DNA of 63,983 nucleotides, the filler included, from Pelomyxa schiedti (taxonomy: Eukaryota; Protista; Evosea): NCBI GenBank assembly GCA_020536535.1. It is 7 parts of 7 records of this genome, joined end to end, with 100 filler letters (N's around TTAATTAATTAA, not from the genome) between each part and the next. Parts side by side here need not be neighbours in the genome. Positions count along the whole stretch, not along the records: positions 26,875 to 33,867 come from JAHLWZ010001384.1; positions 33,968 to 50,685 come from JAHLWZ010000556.1; 5 more parts are not named here. The stretch is one strand, 5' to 3'. Below the pieces are notes generated by a model. That model saw only the letters and a list, made by a program, of their open reading frames with translations, was not told the DNA's origin and made no database searches. The translations under genes and the position numbers were made by a program. Below, piece after piece: positions 27,226 through 39,837 of this stretch. Each line of letters opens with the position of its first letter. Position 1 is the first letter of the stretch.

Positions 27226-27349
27226 TTTTTCCCCTTATTTTAGGGACAACAGATAGCAATTAATCTCTGAGATCTGATCGGGAAAAAAAAGGTTCTCGAT
27301 CTGAGAGACTTTCTTTTCTTTGAGCGACCACGAAGTTGAGCCCCGGGTT

Positions 27350-29624
27350 TTAGTGGTTCTGGAGCCACGGGTGGTGTTTGGCCTGTTGCGCCGTCAGCCG
27401 TCGAGATGGGTCGTTCTGCAGGAGTCGCAGCATGAGGTCCTTGGCTGGCAGAAGACGGTGAGGTGACTGTTAGTTAGAGTTAGATGAAGGAGGGTGGACT
27501 GGAAATCACCCCCCGAAGTCAAACTGGCCCCAGTTTGGGAGGTGGGAGCCCAGAGTGGGTGGGGCCCATTTGACTTCAGGGTGACATACAGAAGAGGAAT
27601 TAACAACCTTGCTCGCTCAGGCCATTCCATTTAGGGTATCTAGGTCCAAGTTCGTAGCAGACACGTTGCAGCTCCGCTTCCTGTTGGATTGCAAAAGGGA
27701 TGGATGTGTTCAATCAGAAACGACCCAGTGAGCCTAAAGAGGTGAGTAAATGGGAAAGAGGTGGGACTGTTTTGGCTCACTCACATTGCATGAAGTAGTA
27801 TGCCAAGAGACCTGAGCTTATGTTTAGTGATTGTGTCACCAACTCAATAGTACTTACCACATATCTGCTGGAAAACTATACCCCCGGTACATGTTTGGCC
27901 CCTGGTCGCAACGGAATACCTCCGGAGCTGTATAATGCGGCGTGCCGCAGTATGTCTGAGCCAGTTCTCCTTCTGGGAGGATGTTTGAACAGACAAACAG
28001 AAAAAGAGGAAAGTAAGTGGTCCTATACCTCGTAAAACTCGCGACAAACCAAAATCCTTTTTTGAGAAAGATTAGTTTTTTGGCTGGATACTATGACATC
28101 AGGCGTACAATTATTTTCACATGCGGAGGGCTCCTCGTATCCATGAGCATAACATTATCTGCCTAATTGTGGTGAGGAACAGCGTTGCCTTTATTTGATC
28201 AAACCTTAAGGTCCCTGGAACCAAACAAAAATTGAGAATAAAAAAAAAAGAACAGAGGGAACAGCAACCTATGAAATACACCACGGGAGTGAAGATAGTC
28301 CACACCATCAAGTATCTGTGGAAAAAATAGCTCTTGCTTCAGGCTCCCTAAGATAAGCACCTTCCTGTGGAAAAAAGCGTGTAAAAAAGGGGGAGGGGGG
28401 ACAGACAACTAGGTGCTTCAACCGTGATTTTTTCACACAAAGTTCCTCCATGAGCTCTGGTAAAGGAGTAAGTGAAACTAAACAATGAAGGAGGAGGGAC
28501 CAGTTGAGTGTCTTGGGAATTATATACCTTGGCATTACAATGCATGTGTTGTACTTCTGGGCTCTCGTAGTAGTCGATTATCGGTAAGGCATTGGGGTGG
28601 CTCAATATGCGGCCGATTTTCAGCTCTGCCTTTAGACTCTTCCAATCTCCATTTGAAATGTGCACACTTTTTATGGCCACATCACAATCCCAGTCATACC
28701 CTAAAAGAACAGTACCACCAGCACCACTACACCAGATTAATCAGGGAAAAAACGAGACGTTTGGGATTTCGTTTCGTGTCGAGTCTAGAAGTGTAGTAGG
28801 TGGTTGTGTGAAAAACCTGCCAAGCTCTGTATCAGTCACCATATATTTGCTGAAGATCGGGTTCTATTAGCCATTTAGGAATGTGCTTCTTCCCTATTAT
28901 TACTATTCCCTCCCTTTCCCATTGGCATACAGAGTAGTGGATTTCGTGACGGTTAGTCTTTTGACTGCCTGGCCCAAGGAGCGTGAATACTACCGCTTGT
29001 GGTAGGTGACTATTACAGATTGGATAAAATGGAAGGGGCCGCGCCACGGGGTCTAACAGACAATCTTTCTTGGTCGAGAAAGATGGTGAAGGTGTCATCG
29101 GGGTAGAGAAGACATGTGGTACCCATCTTCATCTGCTCCCTTAGCTCAACACTATTGGGTACTGAACATTGTAAAAAACAGTTAGTACTCTTTAGATTTA
29201 ATGTAAGAGAGAGAGAGAGAGTGATTGACAAGTTAATCCCACCCACTGCCTGTTGCGCGTTTGAAATTCAGGAAGAGAGAAGATTACGATGAAGAAAAAA
29301 AAGGAAAGCCTGCTTATGCAGTCCAGCACAGGTTGTCCGGCGTCGTTGAAACGGACTCGCGCATGATTCCAGCTCACCTTGGGGTAGTTCAGCCGAAAAT
29401 CAGAACTGGGGGCACAACCAATGGTGGCGCAATCAGCTACGCTGCGCAGAGCCATCACAGTGCGTGCCCTTTGATTCTCCGCGTACACTGCACCATCAGT
29501 AATGACCAGGTATAAGGGCACTACACTTCGGTGACACCTCCTCAGTTGGCACTGCTACTGCGGCCACCACAAGCACTGCGCACGCGCACACGCACACGCT
29601 GACGACAAGCAACACGACAGGCAT
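27350..29624 (-). CDS. TM-FHA-Ser/Thr kinase (Chk2/Rad53-like architecture), probably frameshifted
   Basis: FHA: ATIGCAPSSDFRLNYPKVSWNHARV. Kinase: ELGR, VAIKSV, YLHSRGVFHR|DLK|ADNVML (10-nt microexon), DFGLSR, TYCGTPHYTAPE, ADMW, LLQNDPSRRLTAQQAKHHPWL*. The hydrophobic N-terminus is out of frame with the FHA exon. Confidence 0.8.
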
Positions 29625-30124
29625 CAGTGGTTTCCAGGTTTTTCGTCCTTGGTGTGAATGGATTTTCCGCATAGATCCGCATGTGGCAGTCTCGGGGTCG
29701 GGGTGTTGTTGTTCACGAGCCCCCAAGAGTGCACATGTCGCGAGAATGAGTCTGTGGCACTCCCTATTATGAGGCTGACACAGATCTGGATGGGGGGATC
29801 TCGACCTGCGCGGCTGTTGAGTTGTGGGCACTGATTACGGGGCGTGACTCGGTACCCCAGACTGCAATGGGACATTTTCAGTCGGCGACTCATGACTCTC
29901 GTGGGGCCGTCGACTTGGCGTGATGTGTATCACACTACGCTCTGCCTTTTCGTTACAATCGATTTCTATCTTTTTTCACATAATTTCCAGAGCTCTTCTT
30001 CTGTTGCAACAGCAGTTAACCAATCATGCAAAAGGGAAGTGGACCTACTGTGAGTTCCGTGCCTTGGTGTTTATTCCGCTGTGAACACAAAAACAAAAAA
30101 AAAAACCCGGAATACCACGGGGGG

Positions 30125-31001
30125 AAAGAAGTTCGGTAGCCCCGGCAAGATCCGATGAACTCACGGCTGAACAAGCGCGCCCGAACCCGATTATTTCCCC
30201 CTCTTTCGCTCTTTTTCTGGGCAAAAAGTTCGGCCTCCGTTGCAATTATGGGTTCCAAAAATAGTAGACACTTTTTCAACAACTTCGGGACTCGGTGGTG
30301 GTGGCCACGGCGGACCTTACACTTGGACTTTTACTTCCGTAGGTGCCTCCCATCTGCACTCCTACATGGGGGAAAAAGAAAAGAAAAGAAAACAAAAAGT
30401 TCGGTAGCCCCGCAGGATTTCGATCCCCTAGACTTACGCATTTTGCGTGTGTTGTTCAGACGCGTTGAACGCCCGAACAAGCGCAACCCGAACAATTGAC
30501 ACTCGGTGTTGGGGGTGATGTCTATCCATGCAACAACACAGTTGGAACCTGGTTCGCCCTGTGGCTAGATTTCCTTCACCCTTTCGAATCTGACCCGTTG
30601 TTCGGGTTGCGCTTGTTCGGGCGTTCAACGCGTCTGAACAACACACGCAAAATGCGTAAGTCTAGGGGATCGAAATCCTGGCGGGGCTACCGAACTTTTT
30701 GTCTTCTTTTCTTTTTCCCCCATGTAGGAGGGCAGATGGGAGGCACATACGAGCCCAAGCATAAGGTCCGCCGTGGCCGCCACCACCGAGTCCCTACCGG
30801 GAGGGGAAGTACCCAAAAAGTTTTATTTCAGTACCCATAATTGCAACGGAGGCCGAACTTTTTGCCCAGAAAAAGAGCGAAAGAGGGGGAAATAATCGGG
30901 TTCGGGCGCGCTTGTTCAGCCGTGAGGTTGAGCAACACACGCAAAATGCGTAAGTCTAGGGGGTCCTTCATCGGATCTTGCCGGGGCGACCGAACTTCTT
31001 T
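30125..31001. repeat. Long imperfect palindrome (foldback-like element)
   Basis: Arms ~30125-30493 and ~30597-31001 are reverse complements around a ~100-bp spacer. The module AAGTTCGGTAGCCCCG is repeated within the arms. Confidence 0.85.
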
Positions 31002-31950
31002 TTTTTTTTTTTTTTAAATTGGTTCACTGGCGAGTTACAACAAATCTAAAGGATGATGCCCGAATCCATCATCCCCTTGGTGGTGACTCTGTGGAGGTGT
31101 GCCGCAGTGTTGTTGATGATGCTGGTGTAGAGTTTGTCCCACCAGAAGGCCTTTGGGGTTCTACAGGCCCAATTGGGGGGGGTTCAAACTCCTTGTCATC
31201 CAGCACAGAGATGAGGCTGTTGACAAATGAACACGTGAGTTCTGTTGGTGCTCCTGTTGACTCCCAGCATGCAGGGAGTCAACACATACCTGTCTGAGCA
31301 CCTGGGCAACCACTTTGCCCGTTTGCGTTGCTCCTGCTTTGAGGCATTGTCAAGGGATTTGGGGATTTGGTGAGCTGGGCAGATGTTTGGGCACACAATG
31401 GAGATGTCCAAAATCTGTGGTGGAGCATTGTCCTCCACCAGGAGGTCTATTCTCCCTTCAGTTTCATTGGAAACCTCCTTCTGCACTGTCACACCTGCCT
31501 GCTTTGCCAGCTGGCAAAGCAAGTTGACAACTGACTGCATCGTGTCTTCTGAATTTGAAGGCCCCCTCGTTCACAGCTCAGCAAGTGAGTGTCGTGTGGG
31601 TCCAGGGCATGCCCACAACAGCACACCCTCCTCAAGCCAATGGCGTTGGGGACCGCTGGCACACAGAGGCAGTGGGCCATGCACAATGTGATGGAATGAA
31701 TCATTTGAGAGGGTGAGCTGAGGGATTGAGGGAATGACCTTGGTCCATCTCGAGGCCATGCGTGTGCCTTGTTGCTTTGCTTCTGCTCTTGGGGTCCATT
31801 TGTTTCATTGATGTGCTTTGCTTCGGTGTCAACAAGGCACACACAACCCTTTATTTTGGAGTTAGAAACACTCGAGTTACACCCACTGCCACACCTTGTC
31901 TTCCCCTTCGATCAATGGCAAGAGAAGATATATCCTAAGCAAGGTCACAC
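30999..31950 (-). mobile_element. 3' end of an RLE-type non-LTR retrotransposon (decayed) with poly(A) tail
   Basis: Zinc motif CCCGHALDPHDTHLLSC..GG, followed by RHDAV..LCQLAKQAG..E..GRIDL..ILDISIVCP (PD-(D/E)xK-type endonuclease). The T17 run at 30999-31015 reads as an A-tail on the minus strand. Confidence 0.75.
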
Positions 31951-32254
31951 TTGGTTGGAGCAAGCCCATTCACTGGTCGACATTGGGGTTGCATTCTGAA
32001 CAACACTCAGGAAGATTCCAACACACCACAGGTCCAGTGCAGCATCTACAGAATCCACACCATCCACCAGGAACTTCTGCTTTTGAGGGGAAGAGGAGAG
32101 GGACTGGTAAGAGGAGAACTTCCGTCATTGTGGTGGTGGTGGTGGTGGTGGTGTGGGAATGAATACATGATAACGGCTTTGCTGCTTTCGAATCAGCCAA
32201 CTTCTTTTCAGCCGATCAATGACAACAACAAGATCGCACTAACTCACGCACGCA

Positions 32255-32255
32255 C

Positions 32256-32292
<37 letters not shown>
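32255..32292. repeat. (GCAA)n microsatellite
   Basis: About 9 tandem GCAA units. Confidence 0.9.
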
Positions 32293-32294
<2 letters not shown>

Positions 32295-33028
32295 CCACAC
32301 AGAGAGATGATATACCTAATGAGAGTGGATCACAGGTGTCAGACTCGGTACACGCAGCGAGGAGGATTGCGTGGACAGCATCGGCCGAGTGGCACGAGTC
32401 ACAAGGTGCCCACCACATGCCACCACCCACCACCACATACCACCACATACCACCACATCATCGATTAATACCACCGCGAAGCGAATTTACCAGAAAAGCC
32501 ACTTCGAACAATTATTAAAAGGAAAAACGCCAGGCTGGGCCGAGAGCTGTAGCCGGGTGTACGGTCTGCCGATTATTTTATTTTTACCCAACCTGTCCTG
32601 TCGCGACACAATGAAAAACGAATGACACGAATGCAAAATGTTAGAATAAATGCCATCGTGCCTCCTGCCCACGCCCGTTTAAACGTCGACGCGAGGATCG
32701 ACCGCGACACATAACACGGCCAGCTGAGATCTAGATCCTGGTTCTCCGTTGTTCGTCTCGCTTCGCCCTGGTACTGCCTTCTTTGGACTTCGCGCGATTT
32801 GGCCAGATCTCCCAGGACCCGACGTGGGCCTCCAAACCCCTTCTCGAGGCATGCACTCTGGACGTCAAGCTTGGGAACATCAACAACAGCAGCAGCAGCA
32901 GAGATTGCCTGCCTGGATCTGTGCATCTCGAATATAACATTCATCCGCCGGCGGCCGATAAAACAAACCACCAAAAAAAAAAAAGAACCTTGCCGGCCGC
33001 CTCTTTGACACAGTCGCACGCACTACCT

Positions 33029-33720
33029 ATGCCGCTCGTGTCACCTTTAGTATGCTTGTGTTCAGTGCTTGTGGCCGCATTGGCGGCGCTATTGTGGCGT
33101 CGCCGAAGAGTGGCCCCCATCTGTCTGGCGATTACGGAGGGCGCTGTATATGCCGAGAACAATCGAGTTCGCACCGTGGTATCTCTCAGGCGCCAATCTG
33201 ATTGCGTCACGATCGGTAGCGATCCCAACTGCGACTTTTGGCTAGATTACCCTTCTGTCAGCTGGAAGCACGCGCAAGTTTATTTCGACCACAGGGGGTG
33301 TCCAGTGCTTAAGTGCATCAGGTTTCCCCCTCCCCAGTTTTGAATGCATACCGAGTAGTGAAGTCCATGGAGGTTTGTCTGAGAAGCACTGTCCTCACGT
33401 GGTCCAATTACCGTGAAGACCACCCCTTTGTTATACATGTCAGTGATTATTATATCACAGTTTTATTTTATTCAATAATAATAGCGAACTGTGAGATAAT
33501 AGTAATGACACACCACGGAGCCCCTGAGCAGGTTCATTGAGAAAGATGGTGAAGTTTTCGCCGCCGCGAAGAGAGCAAGTGGTGTCCGCCTTCAGAATAT
33601 ATTCTCTTGCTCGATCCTTCACTAGAACACCATTGAAACTGAACAACATCATTATTAAACAAACAATCAGTTAGTTCTCTTGTCGGTAAATGTAAGAGAG
33701 CGTGATTGAATGGTTTGAAA
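33029..33720. pseudogene. Paralog of the TM-FHA kinase 5' region; exon 1 on +, following exons inverted on -
   Basis: + strand: MPLVSPLVCLCSVLVAALAALLWRRRR..VTIGSDPNCDFWLDYPSVSWKHAQV. - strand 33323-33720: FNGVLV..TTCSLRGGENFTIFLNE and VVFTVIGP..LHYSVC, which match 28900-29240. Confidence 0.75.
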
Positions 33721-33787
33721 TGTCAACAGGAAGAAAGAAAGAAAGAAAGAAGATGCAGAGTATATGATGAGGGAAAAAAAAAGGGGG

Positions 33788-33794
33788 GGGGGTT

Positions 33795-33848
<54 letters not shown>

Positions 33849-33867
33849 CACACACACACACACACAC
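33788..33867. repeat. (CA)n microsatellite at contig end
   Basis: About 40 CA units running into the N linker. Confidence 0.95.
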
Positions 33868-34280
33868 NNNNNNNNNNNNNNNNNNNNNNNNNNNNNNNNN
33901 NNNNNNNNNNNTTAATTAATTAANNNNNNNNNNNNNNNNNNNNNNNNNNNNNNNNNNNNNNNNNNNNTCATAAATCACCTGCACCCGATGAGACCGGCAC
34001 ATTCTCACCAAACACAACAACGGCGGAGACTCCAGTTAGGAAGTGTGCCTCAATGAAAAAAAATAATTCCACAAAAAGGAAAAAAAAAATGACACCAGAT
34101 TGGCGTACTGTCAATTTCCCCCCCGTTGGAACCAGAAAATTGAATTATTTACTCATACACTGTATAATATGCACCCACCCCTAAGAAACCTCTGCCATGG
34201 GGATTAGGTAGTGACTCTGGTTGTATCCACAAGTCTCGGTACAAATCATGAAGCTGTTGGGATAGAAGGGTAAGAGGTAC

Positions 34281-37200
34281 ATACAAGAACGCCATAATAA
34301 AATAATGTGGTTTGGGGTTTTATTATGCCTTAGAAGGGAAAAATCGGCATAACAGAGTGTCACAGAGAACAACAGCTTGTTGTAGTGCATGTACAGATGC
34401 AATGTAGTGCAGACAGAGTCGTTGCCAAAACGCTTGAGCATCTCCCGTTGGAGTGACCGACCAATGAACAGAATGAGCAAGAAAACAGTCTGTTCGCAGA
34501 ATCACACATGGTGTTTGCTGTTTGCATTTTGGCTTCAACCACATTGTGTAGGTTTTTCCATCTTTGTCGCTTATAGTCAATGGGTGCCCAGTAACACTTG
34601 CAACAGCAACAGACCCCACTTTGTGGAACTGTAGGTGGTTTTGGAGGTATCCTGGCGAAAGGAGAGTGTATATGGCAAGGTGGCATAGTCGCAAGGAGAG
34701 TTCCAGCATGGTGGAATCGCGATTATGATGTTGTGGAATGGCACATCAGCCTGCACTGAAGCGGATATTTCCGATATGGAAGCGGACATTTCCGGCACTG
34801 AAGCGATCATTTTCGGCACTACCAGCATGCACTCTGCAATGAGATTNNNNNNNNNNNNNNNNNNNNNNNNNNNNNNNNNNNNNNNNNNNNNNNNNNNNNN
34901 NNNNNNNNNNNNNNNNNNNNNNNNNNNNNNNNNNNNNNNNNNNNNNGCATTCTGTTGCTTCGTTGCGTTACTCTGTTGCTCTTTTCATTCGCATCGTTTT
35001 GCAAGCATTTTCGCATTGCACCTTCGTCATGCTTCATCGTCGTCATTATCTGTTCTATCTACTGTGGCGCTACTCTTGCACTGCACACTCGTGCACATCT
35101 ACTTCGACGTTCTTATTGTTGTACACTCGCGTTACTACCGCTCTTTCAGCAACATCGTTTTCCTGTTGTTTTCTTGCTCATTCTGTTCATTGGTCGTTCG
35201 CACCAACGGGAGATGCTCAAGCGTTTTGGCAACGACTCTGTCTGCACTACATTGCATCTGTACATGCACTACAACAAGCTGTTGTTCTCTGTGACACTCT
35301 GTTATGCCGATTTTTCCCTTTAAGGCATAATAAAACCCCAAACCACATTATTTTATTATGGCGTTCTTGTATGGTGGTTTTGGAGGTATCCTGGCGAAAG
35401 GAGAGTGTATCTGGCAAGGTGGCATAGTCGCAAGGAGAGTTCCAGCATGGTGGAATCGCGATTATGATGTTGTGGAATGGCGCATCAGCCTGCACTGAAG
35501 CGGATATTTCCGACATGGAAGCGGACATTTCCGGCACTGAAGCGATCATTTTCGGCACTACCAGCATGCACTCTGCAATGAGATTAGCGCGGAAATCATG
35601 AGGATCATACCTACAATACCCGGCAAGCGTTCTATTCAGCGCGGGAATGCTAGAAACTCATATTTGAAGTCACTGGATCAATTCCAAAGCTATGTAACAT
35701 GAGACTCTCATTTTCACTTCAATTTACAATTAGTTTATTCATTCCGTTTACATTTATTGATTTATTGGCTTTCAATTGCGTTTTAAAAGCTATTTAGCAC
35801 TATTTTGTTCATGGAATTTCACTCTACGAAATAGATATTTTGGATTGAGTGAGGAACACTCACCTGGAATTCTATTTGCGCTCTGTGCCTACCCATGACT
35901 TGGGAATTTTCGTTTTAATTATGGGTGGATCATGGGAACACAGAAGCGATGGTGTATCCCTGTGACGGACCTCAGCATTGCATATTGCTGTCCCATCACA
36001 CCTGGAAAATCGTTTTTGACCTCCTGGATGTTATTTTGCCCTGCAAGACGTTATTTTGGGAATAAAAGAAGTGGCCACACAGTTATCCTTGCAGCGGACT
36101 GCAGTAGCTCCCAAGGGCACTTGATTGTTATCTGCATTTTTTCCCTGGAGTGGCAAACAAATTTCGAAATTTGTGCTGCCATTGGCATGTTAGTCTGCAG
36201 ATTGGAAATTGTTATTTGGATTTGGGAGTATAGAGTGTACTGCACATACAGAGACAATTTCGAGGTCATCCTGTCATCTTCTGGGGATACAGTAGGCAGG
36301 AAGTGAGACAAAGTCACCCATACAACATTCTGCAAATGAGCAATTTGCCCAAGCTCATTGTATTCAAGTTCTACATTGTGCTGCAGCTTCAAGGCAATCT
36401 TATTTTTTCGTTAGTCAGCTGCACAAGCAAATGGGAATGCATACCATTCTGGCCGCCATTGCAATGCTGCAAAACTGGCACTGGCATGACAATATGACAA
36501 TTCTGTTGAGAGATTCACGCCATTAGAAGACATCCAATCATTTCAGCACTCAGGCATTCTCTCTTTGGCGAATTTCTGGTCATTTATTAGGTGGAGATCA
36601 AGGAATTGTTCTTACCTGACACTGGAGGAATCAGCACTGTTTCCAAAGGCGTTTTCACACCATTTCGAAGCTCCTGCAATGGAATAAGCTATTCTGGCAA
36701 TAGTAACCAGGAAAGGAATACCTGGAATCGCGCAGGAACTCTGGAAAGCAAATCTGAAGCACAGCAAACTCTGTTGCAATTCGAGGACTGATTTCCAATG
36801 CTGCATATTGGCCCTGCATGACAGCAATACATTCTTTATCTATGGCAACAATGTTAGGCAATTCAGGCAATGTCAAGCTACACACACTTCAAGGACCGAT
36901 TGCACTGAAGTCCCAAAGAAGCCCACAAACAAAGTCATCCATTCTGGACAAACAGTTAGCACTGAGAGATCTGTGACTGGAACACACACCAAATCGAAGC
37001 AAGAGTACTTCTCTACATCCTACAGTTCATTCCTTAGCCTGCAAGCATCATCTAGCACATGCATCAAAGCAAAAATCCTCATCATGGCGCAGCCATCAAA
37101 CCCAAGCATGAATTCTAACACCTACATTCAATTAATTCACACACCAACAATCCTACATACCTGCAAGTCACATCAATTCACTGCAAATTCGGCCCTCATG

Positions 37201-37746
37201 CAAATTCCAACCAATTACTGCACAAGTCAACCATAACATGCATCTGGCATCAGAACTATCATTGGCACACTGATAGCACATACCCCAATATTCATGCACT
37301 TATCCTGGACCGATTTTCATCAATTCTGCACTGTTCTGATTGACCCAAAGTGATTGCACTGTAATGGCATCAGCATTCACAATCGAAAGTACATAATTAC
37401 CTGGCAACTGGCAGAAGGCTTGTCCAACTTTCTGAGCACTCTTGCATCATCCTGTTCCAAGGAATCAAGCAGTCACACAAACTGGAGAGACATCAGTACG
37501 AATTTACCTCTGCTCACTGGAAGGCATACCAGCCTAGTTCAAGTACGAATCAGCATTCAGCATTCAATTTGGCTCAAGGCAATACCTATGACATTTTAGT
37601 TAGACCTTACTAGTAGTATGTAATAGTATGTATATTCGTTTTTATTACTTGAATGGTGTTATGGAACTGGTAAACGGCTGAAAACCCCATCTAGGCAGCC
37701 TGTGATGCTCATAAGCCAGTACTGTACATCATTAAGGTAAATAACG

Positions 37747-37805
<59 letters not shown>

Positions 37806-39837
37806 GTACCTGCGTTGAGGCACATTAGCACACATGAAGAAAACACTTGGAACTCACACACACAACACCGGCAAAGCTCCAACTCGTCGCCGAACTGACA
37901 AACACCACAACAATGCTCCATTCATCATCCCAAACATCATCTCCAACAACCGGACCATAATCATTCACTACCGACAACTTCCCGTTTCAAAAACGAACCG
38001 CTACTACACCAGCACCATCATTTCATTTTCGAAATTCTGCTGAAAGAACAACGATCACCAGCTTCAGAGGAAGGGGGAGCATGTGTGATTCTGCGAACAC
38101 ACAGGCAAACTGTGCGCAAGGCACACTCGCAAGACTTGAGACTGGAGACTCAGAGGCTGAGTCATCACTTACCAAGTTCGGAAATCAAGTTCACAGAAAG
38201 ATCATCGAGATACCCAAGACCTTTCCCTTGACTTTGGAATCCTTTATAAACGCACACCAAGTCACCCCATTTCTATACAAAAAAATACCAAGAATCCCAA
38301 TACAAATATACAAAAACACAAATACAAAATCCCAACACAAATACCTACACCCAAATGTACCCATCCATTCCAAGATGAATAAAATACTTTGTGCCTCTTT
38401 GTTCTCCTTTGGTGCAGTTTCCTTCCCACCCACTGAAGGAAACATATGGTGGAGGATGCGTGTTTTGACCCTCACAAGCACTTCAACATCTTGGAATCTG
38501 AATCATCAAGATCGACATCAATCACAGTGACACGGCACATGGCTCGCTGTTGACAGTCATCTGACTCACGCTGTTGACATGTTCTACATCATCTTGACAC
38601 TGTTTCTCTTCATTCATCGACGAATCGACATCATCGGCGATTACCTTCGCATCGGCACATTGCTATCGCACAACGTTGCTTCTATTGGCATGCTACGTTC
38701 GAGTACTTCAACATCCATGTGGTGACATCGCATTCTGTTGCTTCGTTGCGTTACTCTGTTGCTCTTTTCATTCGCATCGTTTTGCAAGCATTTTCGCATT
38801 GCACCTTCGTCATGCTTCATCGTCGTCATTATCTGTTCTATCTACTGTGGTGCTACTCTTGCACTGCACACTCGTGCACATCTACTTCGACGTTCTCATG
38901 GTTGTACACTCGCGTTATTACTGCTCTTTCAGCAACATCGTTTTCCTGTTGTTTTCTTGCTCATTCTGTTCATCGGTCGCTCGCGCCAACGGGAGATGCT
39001 CAAGCGTTTTGGCAACGACTCTGTCTTCACAACACTGCTTCTGTACATGCACTACAACAAGCTGTTGTTCTCTGTGACACTCCGTTATGCCGATTTTCCC
39101 TTTAAGGCATAATAAAACCCCAAACCACATTATTTTATTACGGCGTTCTTGCATAGTGGTTTTGGAGGTATCCTGGTGAAAGGAGAGTGTATCTGGCAAG
39201 GTGGCATAGTCGCAAGGAGAGTTCCAGCATGGTGGAATCGCGATTGTGATGTTGTGGAATGGTGCATCAGCCTGCACTGAAGCGGATATTTCCGACATGG
39301 AAGCGGATATTTCCGACATGGAAGCGGACATTTCCGGCACTGAAGCGATCATTTTCGGCACTACCAGCATGCACTCTGCAGTGACATTAGCGCGGAAATC
39401 ATGAGGATCATACCTACTATACCTGGCAAGCATTCTATTCAGCGCGGGAATGCTAGAAACTCATATTTGAAGTCACTGGATCAATTCCAAAGCTATGTAA
39501 CATGAGACTCTCATTTTCACTTCAATTTACAATTAGTTTATTCATTTCGTTTACATTTATCATTTTATTGGCTTTCAATTGCGTTGTAAAAGCTATTTAG
39601 TGCTATTTTGTTCATGGAATTTCACTCTACGAAATAGATATTTTGGATTGAGTGAGGAACACTCACCTGGAATTCTATTTGCGCTCTGTGCATACCCATG
39701 ACTTGGGAATTTTCGTTTTAATTATGGGTGGATCATGGGAACACAGAAGCGATGGTGTATCCCTGTGACGGACCTCAGCATTGCATATTGCTGTCCCATC
39801 ACACCTGGAAAATCGTTTTTGACCTCCTGGATGTTAT
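34281..39837 (+). mobile_element. Tandem copies of a LARD-like LTR element sharing one LTR (38082-38444)
   Basis: Order is internal region, poly(A) 37747-37801, PPT 38066-38079, LTR, TA+PBS 38447-38455, then internal region again. Interrupted by N gaps, with an inverted/deleted fragment at 34281-34630. Confidence 0.85.

Noticed and set aside
34631-34846. Extra partial repeat copy before the 100-N gap
   Set aside because: Nearly duplicates ~35370-35586 and may be contig overlap across the gap.
35490-35545. 21-bp repeats as a CRISPR-like array
   Set aside because: Only 2-4 adjacent units with no unique spacers, in a eukaryotic retroelement.
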